In this document: one piece after another, positions 11,125-21,962 of the stretch
Layout of the letters: every line of letters starts with the position of its first letter
Position numbering within the stretch: the first letter of the stretch is position 1
NCBI GenBank assembly: GCA_963677495.2
Contig: CAXXOU010000004.1
Location: 1,248,001 to 1,312,000 of the forward strand
DNA length: 64,000 bases
Direction: 5' to 3'
From: Candidatus Cloacimonadales bacterium
Lineage (GTDB): Bacteria; Cloacimonadota; Cloacimonadia; Cloacimonadales; JAFGVF01
Translations under genes and position numbers: made by a program
Notes under the pieces: model-generated
Told to the model about the DNA's origin: nothing
The model's input: the letters and a program-made list of their open reading frames with translations, nothing else
The model's database searches: none

Positions 11125-11391
11125 ATAAAGAGCTTATAATTAGAACTGATTGTTTCTACATTATTTTCCGATTACTATTATCACCTCGGGTAGTAAAAGG
11201 GAATTGTTAGTTAGTTGTAGTGATGTTTATAAGATTACAATTAAGAGAACTTATCAACAACAAATCGCAAGCTGGTTAATCTTTCAGTTCTATAAATATC
11301 ATATTTGTACCATCAAATAAAACTACATCTATTTTATCGTCCACTTCTTCTCTTTACTTTGTCGCATCAAGAACCTTTTGGCACCGTTGGG

Positions 11392-11484
11392 AAAGTTATG
11401 CACACGATGTGGATAACTTTAGGGGTTCATAGGGAGGGTCTAGGGAGGCTAAAGGGAGGGACAAGCGAGATTCCAGGTTTTTGA
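11392..11484. repeat. 93-bp element, copy 1: inverted DnaA-box-like pair followed by 11-bp periodic AGGGAGG units
   Basis: TTATGCACA-cga-TGTGGATAA; AGGGAGG at 11431, 11442, 11453; ends TTCCAGGTTTTTGA; same layout at 21963-22055. Confidence 0.7.
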
Positions 11485-11707
11485 AGTAGCACGTACCAGA
11501 CTCGTAGCAATAACATAAAGAATAACATAAAGAAAAAATGGAAAATTGGAACATATGGAATTAATTGAGATAAATCCAAGGAAATAGTAAGATGCTATAC
11601 TCATCAAGTACTGATGCTTCAATGTAAGACAGAGGTAATGGAACAATTCTCAAGTGTAATTATCATTGACACACATAAGAAAGATTAAAACATTGCAACA
11701 TTGAGGT

Positions 11708-11784
11708 GCCCCTGTAGCTCAGCTGGATAGAGCAGTTCCCTCCTAAGGAAAAGGTCACGTGTTCGAATCGCGTCAGGGGTGCCA
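11708..11784 (+). tRNA. tRNA-Arg(CCT)
   Basis: Acceptor stem GCCCCTG/CAGGGGT, D arm AGCTCAGCTGGATAGAGC, anticodon loop CT-CCT-AA, GTTCGAATC, encoded CCA. Confidence 0.97.
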
Positions 11785-11942
11785 GACTACAATGATATCA
11801 TTCTAGATAATGCACTTCGTATGGATAATCCTAACACTATTGACTAGAGTAGAAACTACTCTAAGCTGGTTTTGCTATACTTTGACAGTTTAATTTAGTA
11901 GTATCACAATTGTTATAAGCAAATCAAGTATTCAATAACAAA

Positions 11943-11971
11943 GTAAAGGGTACCTAAATGGTACCCTTTAC
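11943..11971. terminator. Hairpin, probable terminator between the tRNA and the convergent gene
   Basis: GTAAAGGGTACC-taaat-GGTACCCTTTAC; T-rich run follows on the minus strand. Confidence 0.75.
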
Positions 11972-11991
11972 ACTCAATTGCAGTTAGTAAC

Positions 11992-14900
11992 CTATTTGAG
12001 CATAACTGATTTCTCAGTTATGATTTTATTATTAGTGATCATTTTGAAGATATAGACTCCTGATGAAGCCATCTTATTATCCGAATCTTTTCCATTCCAA
12101 GTTTCTAAGTGCCTACCTTCAGCTTTAACACCATCACACAATATTTTAATCAATTGTCCCTTCATATTGTAAACTGATATTCTCACATTCTGTTCTGATT
12201 TAAGTGAAAAAGAGATTGTAGTTGATGGATTGAATGGATTGGGGTATATACTATTGATTTCTGTTAGATAACTAATGTCTGGAGTGTCTCCTGGTTGTTC
12301 AATATCAGTTATTGTTACAGTGATTGGGCCGTATAATAAAGAAGAGCCATCAATATCAACAGACTCAAGCCAGTAATAATACTCATGTTCTAGTTCCACC
12401 TCTTCATCAATAAAGTTATATTGCTGTTCAGTAGATGTATTTGTGCTCGAAATGATACTGTTATTCACTCTATGTGAATTAGAAACTAAATTATCCATAT
12501 TTCTAAAGATATTGAATCCAATCAAATCTGTTTCTGATTGTGTAACCCAATTTATTTTTGCAGAATTATCTGCTGTAGAAACTGCCGTGAATGAGGAAAG
12601 TTCTACAGGTAAAGTAGATCCTCCACCACCATTAACTGCGAACTCTTCCTCACCTCTATCATTGGAAACCCAATCAAATTCAACTTGCCCTTGTGAAAAG
12701 ACAACATTGTTCGGTGCAATTGGAACAACTTCCCAAACTGCTCCATTGAGATGGACTAATTCAGTTGGTGTAAAACTGCCTAGAAAATTAAACACTATTC
12801 TGGTCAAGTTTCCATTTGGAAGAGTTAATCTAAGAGCAGCTCCACAATTGCTAGGATTTGGTAGTGGTACATCAGGTTGATCCTGAACTTGCAAAGGAAC
12901 ACTTAAAGCACTAACTTCAGAATCAAATGATAAATCAACAGTTGGAATTACATTTCCATCTCCTAAATCAATCAAAGGGAATGAGATTTGTGGTGGGGTT
13001 GTTCCACTGTACTCAATAACTTCTGCGTAAACAACTTCAGCTGGTTCCTGAGCAGTATTTGAAGGTTCTGGCATAACTGTAAATGACCATTCAACTGGAG
13101 ATTCGCAATCACCTGAGTCATTATATGGAATCACTTTCCAATTAACAATCTCTCCCCATTCTGCTATATTCAGTCTTTGATGGTAAAGGATATCAGAAGT
13201 ATATTCAATTATGTTTACAAGCGTATTTCCCTGGTATATTTTAAAATGAGTTGGTAACTCCAATCCTCTATATCTCCAGTTTACAGTCACTGTTCTAGGT
13301 CTATCTGTTGAAGAATCCTCTGGGAAAATATTAGTCGCAGCAGAAGGTTTTTCAGCAAAAGTTTGCCATTCTAAATATGGGTAACCATCATTCTTATTGG
13401 AATCTATTTCCCAGATTGGAGACGAGAAATCCCAATTTGCATCGGTAAATGTTGAAATTTGTTTCATCTCTGCATTTGATTTTCCTATACCACCATTATA
13501 ACTGCTACTTTGCCCTGAGGTCTCAGTATCCCAAAAAGAATCTGTTATACTATCAGATGAGTAATAGTTATATGCCATTAGGCCACCAGTATAATCATTA
13601 CCTGTAATACTTCCACTGTTATAGGAATTCGATATATTTATCGTAGCTTGGGCTCTTCCAACAAAACCACCACTAAAACTATCTCCAAAGGTCGATACTC
13701 TGTTGTAACAATTAGTAATTGTCAATGTGCCACTTCCAGCATAACCAACAAAACCACCAGCATTTGTATAGGAACCGTTAACCGTTCCTGTACTATAACA
13801 AGAAGTGATTGATGTGCTTCCAGATGAAGTGCCAATGAATGCTCCAACATTACCCCAGCATGTGAAGTCAACATCCACAAGTCCAAGATTTGAGATGCTT
13901 GCCCCATTTGTAGAAGTAAAGAAAGCTCTACCATATATTGCTTTATCTATGAACAGACCTGAAATAACATGACCTTGCCCATTGTACGAGCCGGAGAATG
14001 ATATTGCTGAAAGCCCCTCTCCTCCGTTCCAAGTTGAACTTTCTGAAGCATCAATGTCGGATGTTTGTATGAAGTGCTTATCCCAGTATCCACTATTTTC
14101 TGAAAAATTCCTAAGATCCGTTAGATCAGATATTATATAAGGGTCTCCAATTGTTCCAGAGCCACTAAACAAACTTACAAATGAAGTCGTAAAACTAATC
14201 TGATTACCATAGTATGTACCGGTAGTATTAGTAATATATGCTCTAACGTAATATGTTGTAGATGATGATAAACCAGATATATCAGATGTAAATGCTCCAA
14301 GAGATACTGCACTTCCTTCATCATTTGAAGAATCGAAGACAGTAGGACTTCCAGTAGTATTCCAGCACACTCCATGAGCAGAGATAGGAGAATCCAATGA
14401 GAGTATAGTTCCATTTCCGGTTGCTGTCGTCCCAGTAATTTCTGTTACTGCTTGCGTTGTAACTAGAGATTCGGTTGTAAAACTAACTTGATCACCATAA
14501 ATAGTTCCTGTATCATCTATTATATATGCTTTAAGATAATAAGTTTGACCGGATTCTAATCCGGTAACATTGGATGTAAATGTTCCAGTACTAATTGTTG
14601 CACCTTCATCGGTCGAAGAATCTAAGATAGTAGGATTTCCTGATATATTCCAACAAACTCCATGAGCTGTTATTGCTGTTGTTCCAATAGAAGTGATGTT
14701 ACCATTTCCGGTTGCAGTAGTAACACCTATATTCGACACTGCCTGTGTAGTAACAGTACCAGGAGTTCCCGGACAAGTAACAGTGTAACTTATATCTTGT
14801 GGAGTACTTTCATATTGCCCAGATTGAGCAACAACAGTACCATTATGATCTTTAATCTGATATTCATTTTCATATGAGTAACCACCTGCGAAGTATTGAG

Positions 14901-16257
14901 TTGTTATTACATCAGAACATGTTACTGAGAACTCAAATATTTGTGGACCGTAGCCAGTATTAAGTGTTAGATTAGACAAGACAACAGAGCTGTTAACTAG
15001 CAAGTTAATTGATCCACCATTCCAGCCATCTCCAAAGGAATCCGTTAGTTCGATAGTCCATGTTTGACTAACAGATGCAACAGCTGTGAAACTTACTTCA
15101 TTACCATAAGAAGTTCCCCCACTGTTAGTTGCATAGGCTCGGACATAATACGTCTCCCCTTCTGTTAGTCCTGTTATTGATGAGGAGAAAGATCCTGTAC
15201 TAGTTACACTTCCTTCAGTTGTATGATTATCATCTGTAGTTGGAGTTCCAGTTGTATTCCAACAAACACCATGTTCAGAAGGATTTTCTTCACCTAAATT
15301 CGTAATATTACCATTTCCGGTAGCAGTAGTAGCATCGATACCTGAAACAGCTTGTGTTGTAACTGTAGGAGGATCAATCTGCTGCCATCTATAAGCATAA
15401 ACTCCTCCACCTTCTCTATAACCAACAAAATCTTCTATGCTGTTCATACCACAAGCTTGTTCACTATTTGTTTGATCGTAAGCAAGTAACGAATAACTAC
15501 CTGAAGAAATTTCGTAAATGAAGTTGATTTTGACAGCTCCAGAAGTTTCATAATATGCTAAAATATGAGTTGCATTAACATCTTCAATATTCGTTGATTG
15601 GTACCAAGTCATTTGGGGACTGTTTGGATCTCCATCAACTCCATAATCAATAGATGTCCATGTGTCATTGCTGATGTTATACATAAATCCAGTATTTACG
15701 TTTGAGTAGTTATTCCCACTGTTTCCAATAATGACATTTCCGTATATACTTGTAAATTTTGTGTTTGCATAACTTGGTCTGTCTATTGTTGTCCATGTGT
15801 CAGTCCCTGAGTCGTATAAACAGCCATGATAATTAGTTCCATCATAATAGTATCCTATATAACTATCACCATAAACACCTAACATTTCTGTTTGATATCC
15901 GGATGTATGATCTAATTGTGTCCAAGTTATTCCATCATACATAAAGCCGTGTGATACAGCACCACTGTCTTTAAAGTATCCTACAATGTTATCCCCATCA
16001 ATTCCCTGTGGATATGTAAAATTTTCTCCCGGATACATAAGTGTTTGAAAGCTAGCTCCATTATTAGTTGTTTTGAATCCAACAACTGATGTATAAGTCG
16101 AATTAATAGACATTCCAATTATATTCTCATTATCAATATCAGTAGCCCATGTACTATCTCCATAATATTGGAAATATGTCATTGACTGGGCATTGAGAAA
16201 TGTAGAAATTAGTAATACACAAGCTATAATACAAAAAACTTTGATCTTTGTTTCCAT
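11992..16257 (-). CDS. Large secreted/surface protein with three FN3-like repeats, a GLUG-like region and a FlgD-Ig/T9SS-like C-terminal domain
   Basis: ATG at 16257 after AGGAGA, signal peptide; three VTTQAV..TATGNG..HGVCWN..TYY(V/L)(R/K)AY repeats; LPVELSSF motif; YPNPFNP...SGVY...MLK C-terminus. Confidence 0.85.
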   Translation of the reverse strand: METKIKVFCIIACVLLISTFLNAQSMTYFQYYGDSTWATDIDNENIIGMSINSTYTSVVGFKTTNNGASFQTLMYPGENFTYPQGIDGDNIVGYFKDSGAVSHGFMYDGITWTQLDHTSGYQTEMLGVYGDSYIGYYYDGTNYHGCLYDSGTDTWTTIDRPSYANTKFTSIYGNVIIGNSGNNYSNVNTGFMYNISNDTWTSIDYGVDGDPNSPQMTWYQSTNIEDVNATHILAYYETSGAVKINFIYEISSGSYSLLAYDQTNSEQACGMNSIEDFVGYREGGGVYAYRWQQIDPPTVTTQAVSGIDATTATGNGNITNLGEENPSEHGVCWNTTGTPTTDDNHTTEGSVTSTGSFSSSITGLTEGETYYVRAYATNSGGTSYGNEVSFTAVASVSQTWTIELTDSFGDGWNGGSINLLVNSSVVLSNLTLNTGYGPQIFEFSVTCSDVITTQYFAGGYSYENEYQIKDHNGTVVAQSGQYESTPQDISYTVTCPGTPGTVTTQAVSNIGVTTATGNGNITSIGTTAITAHGVCWNISGNPTILDSSTDEGATISTGTFTSNVTGLESGQTYYLKAYIIDDTGTIYGDQVSFTTESLVTTQAVTEITGTTATGNGTILSLDSPISAHGVCWNTTGSPTVFDSSNDEGSAVSLGAFTSDISGLSSSTTYYVRAYITNTTGTYYGNQISFTTSFVSLFSGSGTIGDPYIISDLTDLRNFSENSGYWDKHFIQTSDIDASESSTWNGGEGLSAISFSGSYNGQGHVISGLFIDKAIYGRAFFTSTNGASISNLGLVDVDFTCWGNVGAFIGTSSGSTSITSCYSTGTVNGSYTNAGGFVGYAGSGTLTITNCYNRVSTFGDSFSGGFVGRAQATINISNSYNSGSITGNDYTGGLMAYNYYSSDSITDSFWDTETSGQSSSYNGGIGKSNAEMKQISTFTDANWDFSSPIWEIDSNKNDGYPYLEWQTFAEKPSAATNIFPEDSSTDRPRTVTVNWRYRGLELPTHFKIYQGNTLVNIIEYTSDILYHQRLNIAEWGEIVNWKVIPYNDSGDCESPVEWSFTVMPEPSNTAQEPAEVVYAEVIEYSGTTPPQISFPLIDLGDGNVIPTVDLSFDSEVSALSVPLQVQDQPDVPLPNPSNCGAALRLTLPNGNLTRIVFNFLGSFTPTELVHLNGAVWEVVPIAPNNVVFSQGQVEFDWVSNDRGEEEFAVNGGGGSTLPVELSSFTAVSTADNSAKINWVTQSETDLIGFNIFRNMDNLVSNSHRVNNSIISSTNTSTEQQYNFIDEEVELEHEYYYWLESVDIDGSSLLYGPITVTITDIEQPGDTPDISYLTEINSIYPNPFNPSTTISFSLKSEQNVRISVYNMKGQLIKILCDGVKAEGRHLETWNGKDSDNKMASSGVYIFKMITNNKIITEKSVMLK

Positions 16258-16939
16258 TATATCTCTCCTTTCCTTATCTTGCATCCTTGTTTTCTTTTTA
16301 CAATATTTAAATTCCATTCATTTGATAATTTTACTGTAGTACTTGTTATACTTGCGATGGTTAGTATTGCATTTACGTTTGGATTTTCTAAGTAGAGTGA
16401 TTTTAAAATCCACTTCTATTTTCTTTAAGAAAACTAAATAAAGAAACTTGTAGATTTCATTAACCTAGCGACAAAACATTCTTGACTATGATAAAATCTT
16501 TGTTTTCCATTTTACTTTTGATGAAGTTGACAATTACTGAAACAATATTCAAGATGATTACTTCAATAATTTGATTGAGAACTTATTTCATATACTTGCA
16601 ATATATTATAGGGTAGTTATTTATTGTAAAGTTTTTTTTGCATTGTTGCTGAAGTAGTGTAAATTGTTGTCCATTACTTTTGATTTTCGTTAAAACTCAG
16701 AATAAACGAAGAATCTTGTATTACTATTTATTAAGCTTGTACAGATGAGAATGTTTAGTGCAATATAGTTACACCATAGCCAGTCTTCACTACATTTCAC
16801 TATTCAGTCTTACGCAAAAAAGTCATGCTCTCTCTGGTCATGTCTAACCGTAGTATCAGCTGTCCGTCTTTTGCCAGTCAACTTCCTTAATAGCTATCCA
16901 ATATACTACTAAGTAATATTTTACAATGTTAATCCCATA

Positions 16940-16984
16940 TCCTAAGGAAAAAGGTCGTGCGTTCGAATCGCGCCAGGAGTGCCA
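16940..16984 (+). mobile_element. 3'-half copy of tRNA-Arg(CCT); att-like island junction
   Basis: TCCTAAGGAAAAAGGTCGTGCGTTCGAATCGCGCCAGGAGTGCCA versus tRNA 11741-11784; begins in the anticodon loop with no 5' half. Confidence 0.8.
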
Positions 16985-17068
16985 AAATCAAAATATATAA
17001 CAAATATCTTGCCATTATCTTACAAGGCACCTTAATCTACTAAATTGATATTGAATTGGAGAAGATAT

Positions 17069-18136
17069 ATGAAACGACTGACTTATGTCAGCAGACTAAA
17101 TATGAGCATTTCTAACAAAGAACTAGAAGCTATGGGATTACATTCACAGGAAAAGAATCTGAGAGTAGGTATTACAGGTGTGCTCATCTATTTCAAGGAG
17201 CTATTTTTTCAGATTATTGAAGGAGCTGACAGCGAAATAGATACTTTGTTTAAAAAGATTCGAATGGATCTTCGTCACAAAGACATCTTATGTTTAAAGA
17301 CAGAGAATGATATTGGTGAACGTTTATTTCCCACATGGTCTATGAATGTTATAAATCTTGATAACAATACAGATATTCTCATGAGTCCGATCAAAAATCT
17401 CCTTCAGACGATAACTGAATCGCACAGAATTATTGAACAATACACTCAACCTACTGTATTAAATATAATCAATAAGGGATTGAACCCATTGCACATGCCT
17501 GCTAGGAAAGTCGAGAAGATAGTACTCTTTGCAGATATTGTCTCGTTTTCAGAGATTAGTGAACAGCTACCGGTTGAGTTTATAGTTGAGATTATAAACC
17601 GATTCTTTGAAATCACATCCAGAATAATTACTGCAGCAGGTGGAGAAGTTACAAAATACATTGGTGATTGTGTAATGGCCTATTTTGACCCTGAATTAGC
17701 TGATAATGCAATTCAAGGTTGTATTGACATTCTTCGTGAATTGAAACTGGCAAGAGAGAATGCAGCGAGAGATAATCCTATCAGTTTGCTACATTGTGGT
17801 ATTGGATTATCCCAAGGAGTTGTTATTGAGGGGAACATGGGGTCTGCTATTAAAACCGATTATACCATAATAGGAGATCAAGTAAACACTGCTTCGAGAG
17901 TTGAAGATCTGACACGGCAAGTAAAAAAAGCTATAGTTGTAACCGAAAGAGTAAAAAATAGTACAACAAGTACTTTCAACTTTGTACCACTTGGAAAGTA
18001 TAGTTTAAAAGGCAAAAATAAGGCATTCGAATTGTTCTATCCTGATCATGATTTGGTAAATGATTTTGATATTCAAGACATTATAAGTCAAAAGATGAAA
18101 AGACTTTACATTTTTAAAGGAATCTGTAAAGAGTAA
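17069..18136 (+). CDS. Photoactivated adenylyl cyclase (BLUF plus class III cyclase), bPAC/OaPAC-like
   Basis: BLUF Y6/N30/Q48/W90/M92; cyclase D156, D200, K196, T266, N273, R277; ATG after GGAGAAG. Confidence 0.95.
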   Translation: MKRLTYVSRLNMSISNKELEAMGLHSQEKNLRVGITGVLIYFKELFFQIIEGADSEIDTLFKKIRMDLRHKDILCLKTENDIGERLFPTWSMNVINLDNNTDILMSPIKNLLQTITESHRIIEQYTQPTVLNIINKGLNPLHMPARKVEKIVLFADIVSFSEISEQLPVEFIVEIINRFFEITSRIITAAGGEVTKYIGDCVMAYFDPELADNAIQGCIDILRELKLARENAARDNPISLLHCGIGLSQGVVIEGNMGSAIKTDYTIIGDQVNTASRVEDLTRQVKKAIVVTERVKNSTTSTFNFVPLGKYSLKGKNKAFELFYPDHDLVNDFDIQDIISQKMKRLYIFKGICKE

Positions 18137-18209
18137 CTTAAAACTACATTTGCTAAAAGTTGATAGCCAGAATACTGAAGCCATTGAAAAGAGCAAATAA
18201 GGAGATGTT

Positions 18210-18659
18210 TTGAAATTTGTTGAAATAACAAATGAAAATTGGGAAGAAGTGATTAGATTAAGACCTAAAGTTGAACAAAATGATTGTTTAAGGACAGATA
18301 TCGCCTTGCATTCGTTAGCTAGGGCCTATGTGCAGAAAGATAGACCAGATAGGTTAATCCCATATGCTATTGAAGAAAACGGGCAACTGATTGGAATGTT
18401 TCTTCTGAGAAATTATGGAATAGGATGTAACTTAACAAGTTTCTTTATTGACCATAATTTTCAAGGAAAGGGATTTGGAAGAGCAACCATGAATATGTTT
18501 ATCTCTTATGTAAAAGCAAACTATCCACATTCAGAGGAAATAGAACTTGCTGTTTCACCATGCAACAAGATTGCTGAGAGCTTATATTTGAGTCTAGGGT
18601 TTGAATATACCGGGCAAAAAACAAAGAAGGGGAATCTTTATATGGAGTTACATTTCTAA
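18210..18659 (+). CDS. GNAT acetyltransferase
   Basis: FIDHNFQGKGFG motif A, AESLYLSLGF; AAGGAG RBS before TTG. Confidence 0.85.
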   Translation: MKFVEITNENWEEVIRLRPKVEQNDCLRTDIALHSLARAYVQKDRPDRLIPYAIEENGQLIGMFLLRNYGIGCNLTSFFIDHNFQGKGFGRATMNMFISYVKANYPHSEEIELAVSPCNKIAESLYLSLGFEYTGQKTKKGNLYMELHF

Positions 18660-18833
18660 TCATCAATATCTAAGATACTGCTATTAACAATCTCTAAATG
18701 CTCATTATTCCTTATAGTTCCAAACCTATCGACACTTCTTACAAATGCCTTAACATAAATACCTTGTATAATGATTGAGTAACAACATTGAAACCTGAAG
18801 CTCTATTAGCTACCTATATTATTACTTTCATAA

Positions 18834-21497
18834 TTATACTCGTGCTTTATATATATCCTTTTTGAACTGTAAGGTCCATTTTAAACCGTTTTGATTTTCA
18901 AAAGATAACTTCCCATCAAGTTGATGGCTTCCTAACATGTTCACTAAGTTAAGCCCTAGTTTAGAACCTTTATTCAAATCAAAACCATTTTTTAAACCAA
19001 CCCCATCATCAGCAATTGAGATGCTAATAGAGTCATCTTCATCCAACAATGATATCATTAATTTACCGGTTCGTCGGTCAGGCCAAGCGTGTTTAAACGA
19101 ATTAGTGATTAACTCATTAATTATCAATCCTAGTGGAGTCGCAACATCCAGTAGAACAAAAGTATCATTCATATCATATTCAATATTGACTTTATTCATT
19201 TTACTTGAGTAACTTAACAATATTTGGTCCGCAAGTTCATATATATATTCTTTGAGATTTATCCTTGATAGGTCATTGGATTGATACAGTTTCTGATGAA
19301 CAAGAGCCATAGATTTAACTTTGAATTTTATATCATTTACTACTCTTTTTAAATCATCGTTTTGGAACTGCTCTTCAATCATATAGAGCAAGGAAATGAT
19401 AATCTGCATATTGTTCTTTGTTCTGTGATACAATTCTTTAATCAGAACATTTCGCTCATCTAAATCTTGTTTTATCCTATTCTGAGCATCTTTTATCTCT
19501 GAAATATCAACAATAAAACTTTCATAATAAGCTGTACCCTTTAGTGGGTCTCTTTGAATCTTAGAAGTTAATAGTACCCATATAGGTTCACCGGTCTTTT
19601 TTTTAAATCTGATCTCTGTATTTTGAATGCCATTACTACAGCTTAAGGAGAGTTTCTTTAACAACTCTTCTCTTTCGCTTTCATCGTAGTAAATCGCACT
19701 TTCATTCATTTGCATCAACTCATCAATACTTGAAAATCCTAATATTTGTGCAAAAGCATCATTAGCCAGAATGAAATCACCTTCATTGGTCGTTTGATAA
19801 TAACCAACAGGTGCTAGTGTGATAATTTCTTTGTATAGTTTTTCTTTTTGTTTTGCTTCTTCCTCAGCTAGTTTGCGTTCAGTAATATCCAAAATCATTC
19901 CATTAGCGTATTCTATCATGTTAGGGTCATCTTCATAAGGAATCCCATTAGAACGAATATCCAGCCATCTCAAACCTTTTTGAGGGTGATTATAGCGCAG
20001 TTCAATACTAAGTTTATAAGGTGGCTTCATCCCATCCTCGTTTGCCTTTAACATGGCCGGAAGGTCTTCTCTATTGACATAGGAGAACCATTTTTCAAAC
20101 ATATGACTATCTTCTTCTTTCACACCCAATACTTCCATAAAAGAGGGACTTACTTGGATTACTTCTATCTGTCCGTTATCTCTGTTCAGGCGAGTACGAT
20201 AAATCACATAACCTACAGGGTTTTCTACAAGAGAACGGAGATCTCTTTCATTACGCTTGATATCAATATCTGCTTGAATACGCTTAGTAATATCATAGTT
20301 TGTGCCAATCATATAAATCGGGTCACCATTATCATTACGCAAAACCACACCATCCGCTTTAATCCATCGAATAGATCCATCATGCCAAACAACCCTAAAC
20401 TCTATGTCATAGGTGTTCTCACCTTTTAATGCTTTGCTAACTGCTTCTTCCGCTACTACCCTATCATCCGGATGCAAACAGCTCTGCCAAAACTCATAAG
20501 TTAGTTCATTGGGAATTTCAACAATTCCATACAAATCAAAGATTCGCTTATCCCAGAACATACTATTTTGTTCTATATCCCAGTCCCAGATTCCCACTCC
20601 AGCAGCTTTTGTGGCTATAGAAAGTCTTCTCTCCCCTTTTATCAAGTTTCTTTCAGCTTGTTTCTGATTTGTAACATCGTTCAATGTTACAATCAGATTT
20701 CCGGTAATGAACTGAGCATATAACTCACATACTCTAACAGAACCATCTTTGCATGTGATTTTATATTCACCGGTATTTAAAGGTTCACCTGTTTCCTTTG
20801 CTTTCTCAAGAAAGTGTTTCCAACGATCAACAACTTCACTTCTGTATTTGGAATCCGGATAGGCTAATTCATACCATTCTTTGGCAGTCTTAGGCTTATG
20901 TTCAAACAAATCTATAGCACTTTTACTCCAAAACAGTATGCTTTCATTATCTTTATCCACCACAGCAACAGGGAAAGGACTATTATTAAGTATAGAGCGT
21001 ATTCTATATTCACTTTCCTCCAGTTTCTCTTGATTTGCTTTCAGTTTTTCTTCGCTTGCTGCAAGTTTTTGAATAGTTGTCTTTAATTCTTGCTCGTATT
21101 CCTCTTTTTGAATAATCTCTTTTTGGACTTCAAAAGACCTCTTTATTGCCGGTTCCAATTTAAATAACTTGTCCTTGATTATATAATCCCATGCCCCATG
21201 GTGTATACAGTTTACAGCTACTTCTTCACTCAGTGCACCCGTTACAATTATCACTGGGATCTGTGGGCAAATCTCCTTGGCAATTTTTATAACTTCCAAG
21301 CCATTCTCCGGGCCTAAATTGTAATCAGACAGGATGATATCAGGTTGAAACGATTTTACAGTTTCAGTAAAACCTCCAACTGATTCTAATATAACATGTT
21401 CGTATTGCTTGAATATTTTCTTGAGTTCAATCAGAAGTAATTCTGCGTCAAATTGATTATCTTCTAAAATCAATATCTTATAGTTTTCATAACTCAT
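18834..21497 (-). CDS. Hybrid sensor kinase: receiver, multiple PAS domains, HisKA_2 and HATPase
   Basis: ILILED..DIILSDYNL receiver; PAS/PAC repeats; ELYHRTKNN H-box; NELITNSFKHA, DDGVG. Confidence 0.9.
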   Translation of the reverse strand: MSYENYKILILEDNQFDAELLLIELKKIFKQYEHVILESVGGFTETVKSFQPDIILSDYNLGPENGLEVIKIAKEICPQIPVIIVTGALSEEVAVNCIHHGAWDYIIKDKLFKLEPAIKRSFEVQKEIIQKEEYEQELKTTIQKLAASEEKLKANQEKLEESEYRIRSILNNSPFPVAVVDKDNESILFWSKSAIDLFEHKPKTAKEWYELAYPDSKYRSEVVDRWKHFLEKAKETGEPLNTGEYKITCKDGSVRVCELYAQFITGNLIVTLNDVTNQKQAERNLIKGERRLSIATKAAGVGIWDWDIEQNSMFWDKRIFDLYGIVEIPNELTYEFWQSCLHPDDRVVAEEAVSKALKGENTYDIEFRVVWHDGSIRWIKADGVVLRNDNGDPIYMIGTNYDITKRIQADIDIKRNERDLRSLVENPVGYVIYRTRLNRDNGQIEVIQVSPSFMEVLGVKEEDSHMFEKWFSYVNREDLPAMLKANEDGMKPPYKLSIELRYNHPQKGLRWLDIRSNGIPYEDDPNMIEYANGMILDITERKLAEEEAKQKEKLYKEIITLAPVGYYQTTNEGDFILANDAFAQILGFSSIDELMQMNESAIYYDESEREELLKKLSLSCSNGIQNTEIRFKKKTGEPIWVLLTSKIQRDPLKGTAYYESFIVDISEIKDAQNRIKQDLDERNVLIKELYHRTKNNMQIIISLLYMIEEQFQNDDLKRVVNDIKFKVKSMALVHQKLYQSNDLSRINLKEYIYELADQILLSYSSKMNKVNIEYDMNDTFVLLDVATPLGLIINELITNSFKHAWPDRRTGKLMISLLDEDDSISISIADDGVGLKNGFDLNKGSKLGLNLVNMLGSHQLDGKLSFENQNGLKWTLQFKKDIYKARV

Positions 21498-21962
21498 ATT
21501 CCCATCCTCGCAAATTAGGTAAGGTTTCGTAGCATTTTCACACATTATATCTCATAAAATGATAATTACGTATACTCCTGTGTGTAATTTGTATCAAATA
21601 CAATAGATTTAGTCAATCTAATATTTCGATTATGTTTGAAAAGAAAATGAGATTTCTCAATTAAATTATGGTGCTTTCTCGACAGCCAAGCTCAGATTCG
21701 TAGTCTAATCATAACCTTGGAGTAAAGTATTGTAGTTAGACTTAATTTATCCTTCAAAGGTCATTATGAAGCACTACTAAACAGCACTGTAAAAGATTAT
21801 CTTCAGTTAATTTCGATAAAGTTGTTTATAATTCAACTGTTTCAAATATAAAGAATTTTTACGAATCATACTAGGCATTATAATCCTGTGCAAGATCTCA
21901 TTATCATCCCGGTTCCAGGTTCTATCCATGCCCCCGATTAAAAATATGCTTTAACGCTTGAA

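Noticed and set aside
11392..11484. Chromosomal oriC
   Set aside because: Only two boxes, duplicated 10.6 kb away, with no dnaA, dnaN or gidA context
16258..16317. Upstream start of the 1441-aa ORF
   Set aside because: The AGGAGA RBS and signal peptide fit ATG 16257
16940..16984. Second functional tRNA-Arg
   Set aside because: No acceptor 5' strand or D arm upstream
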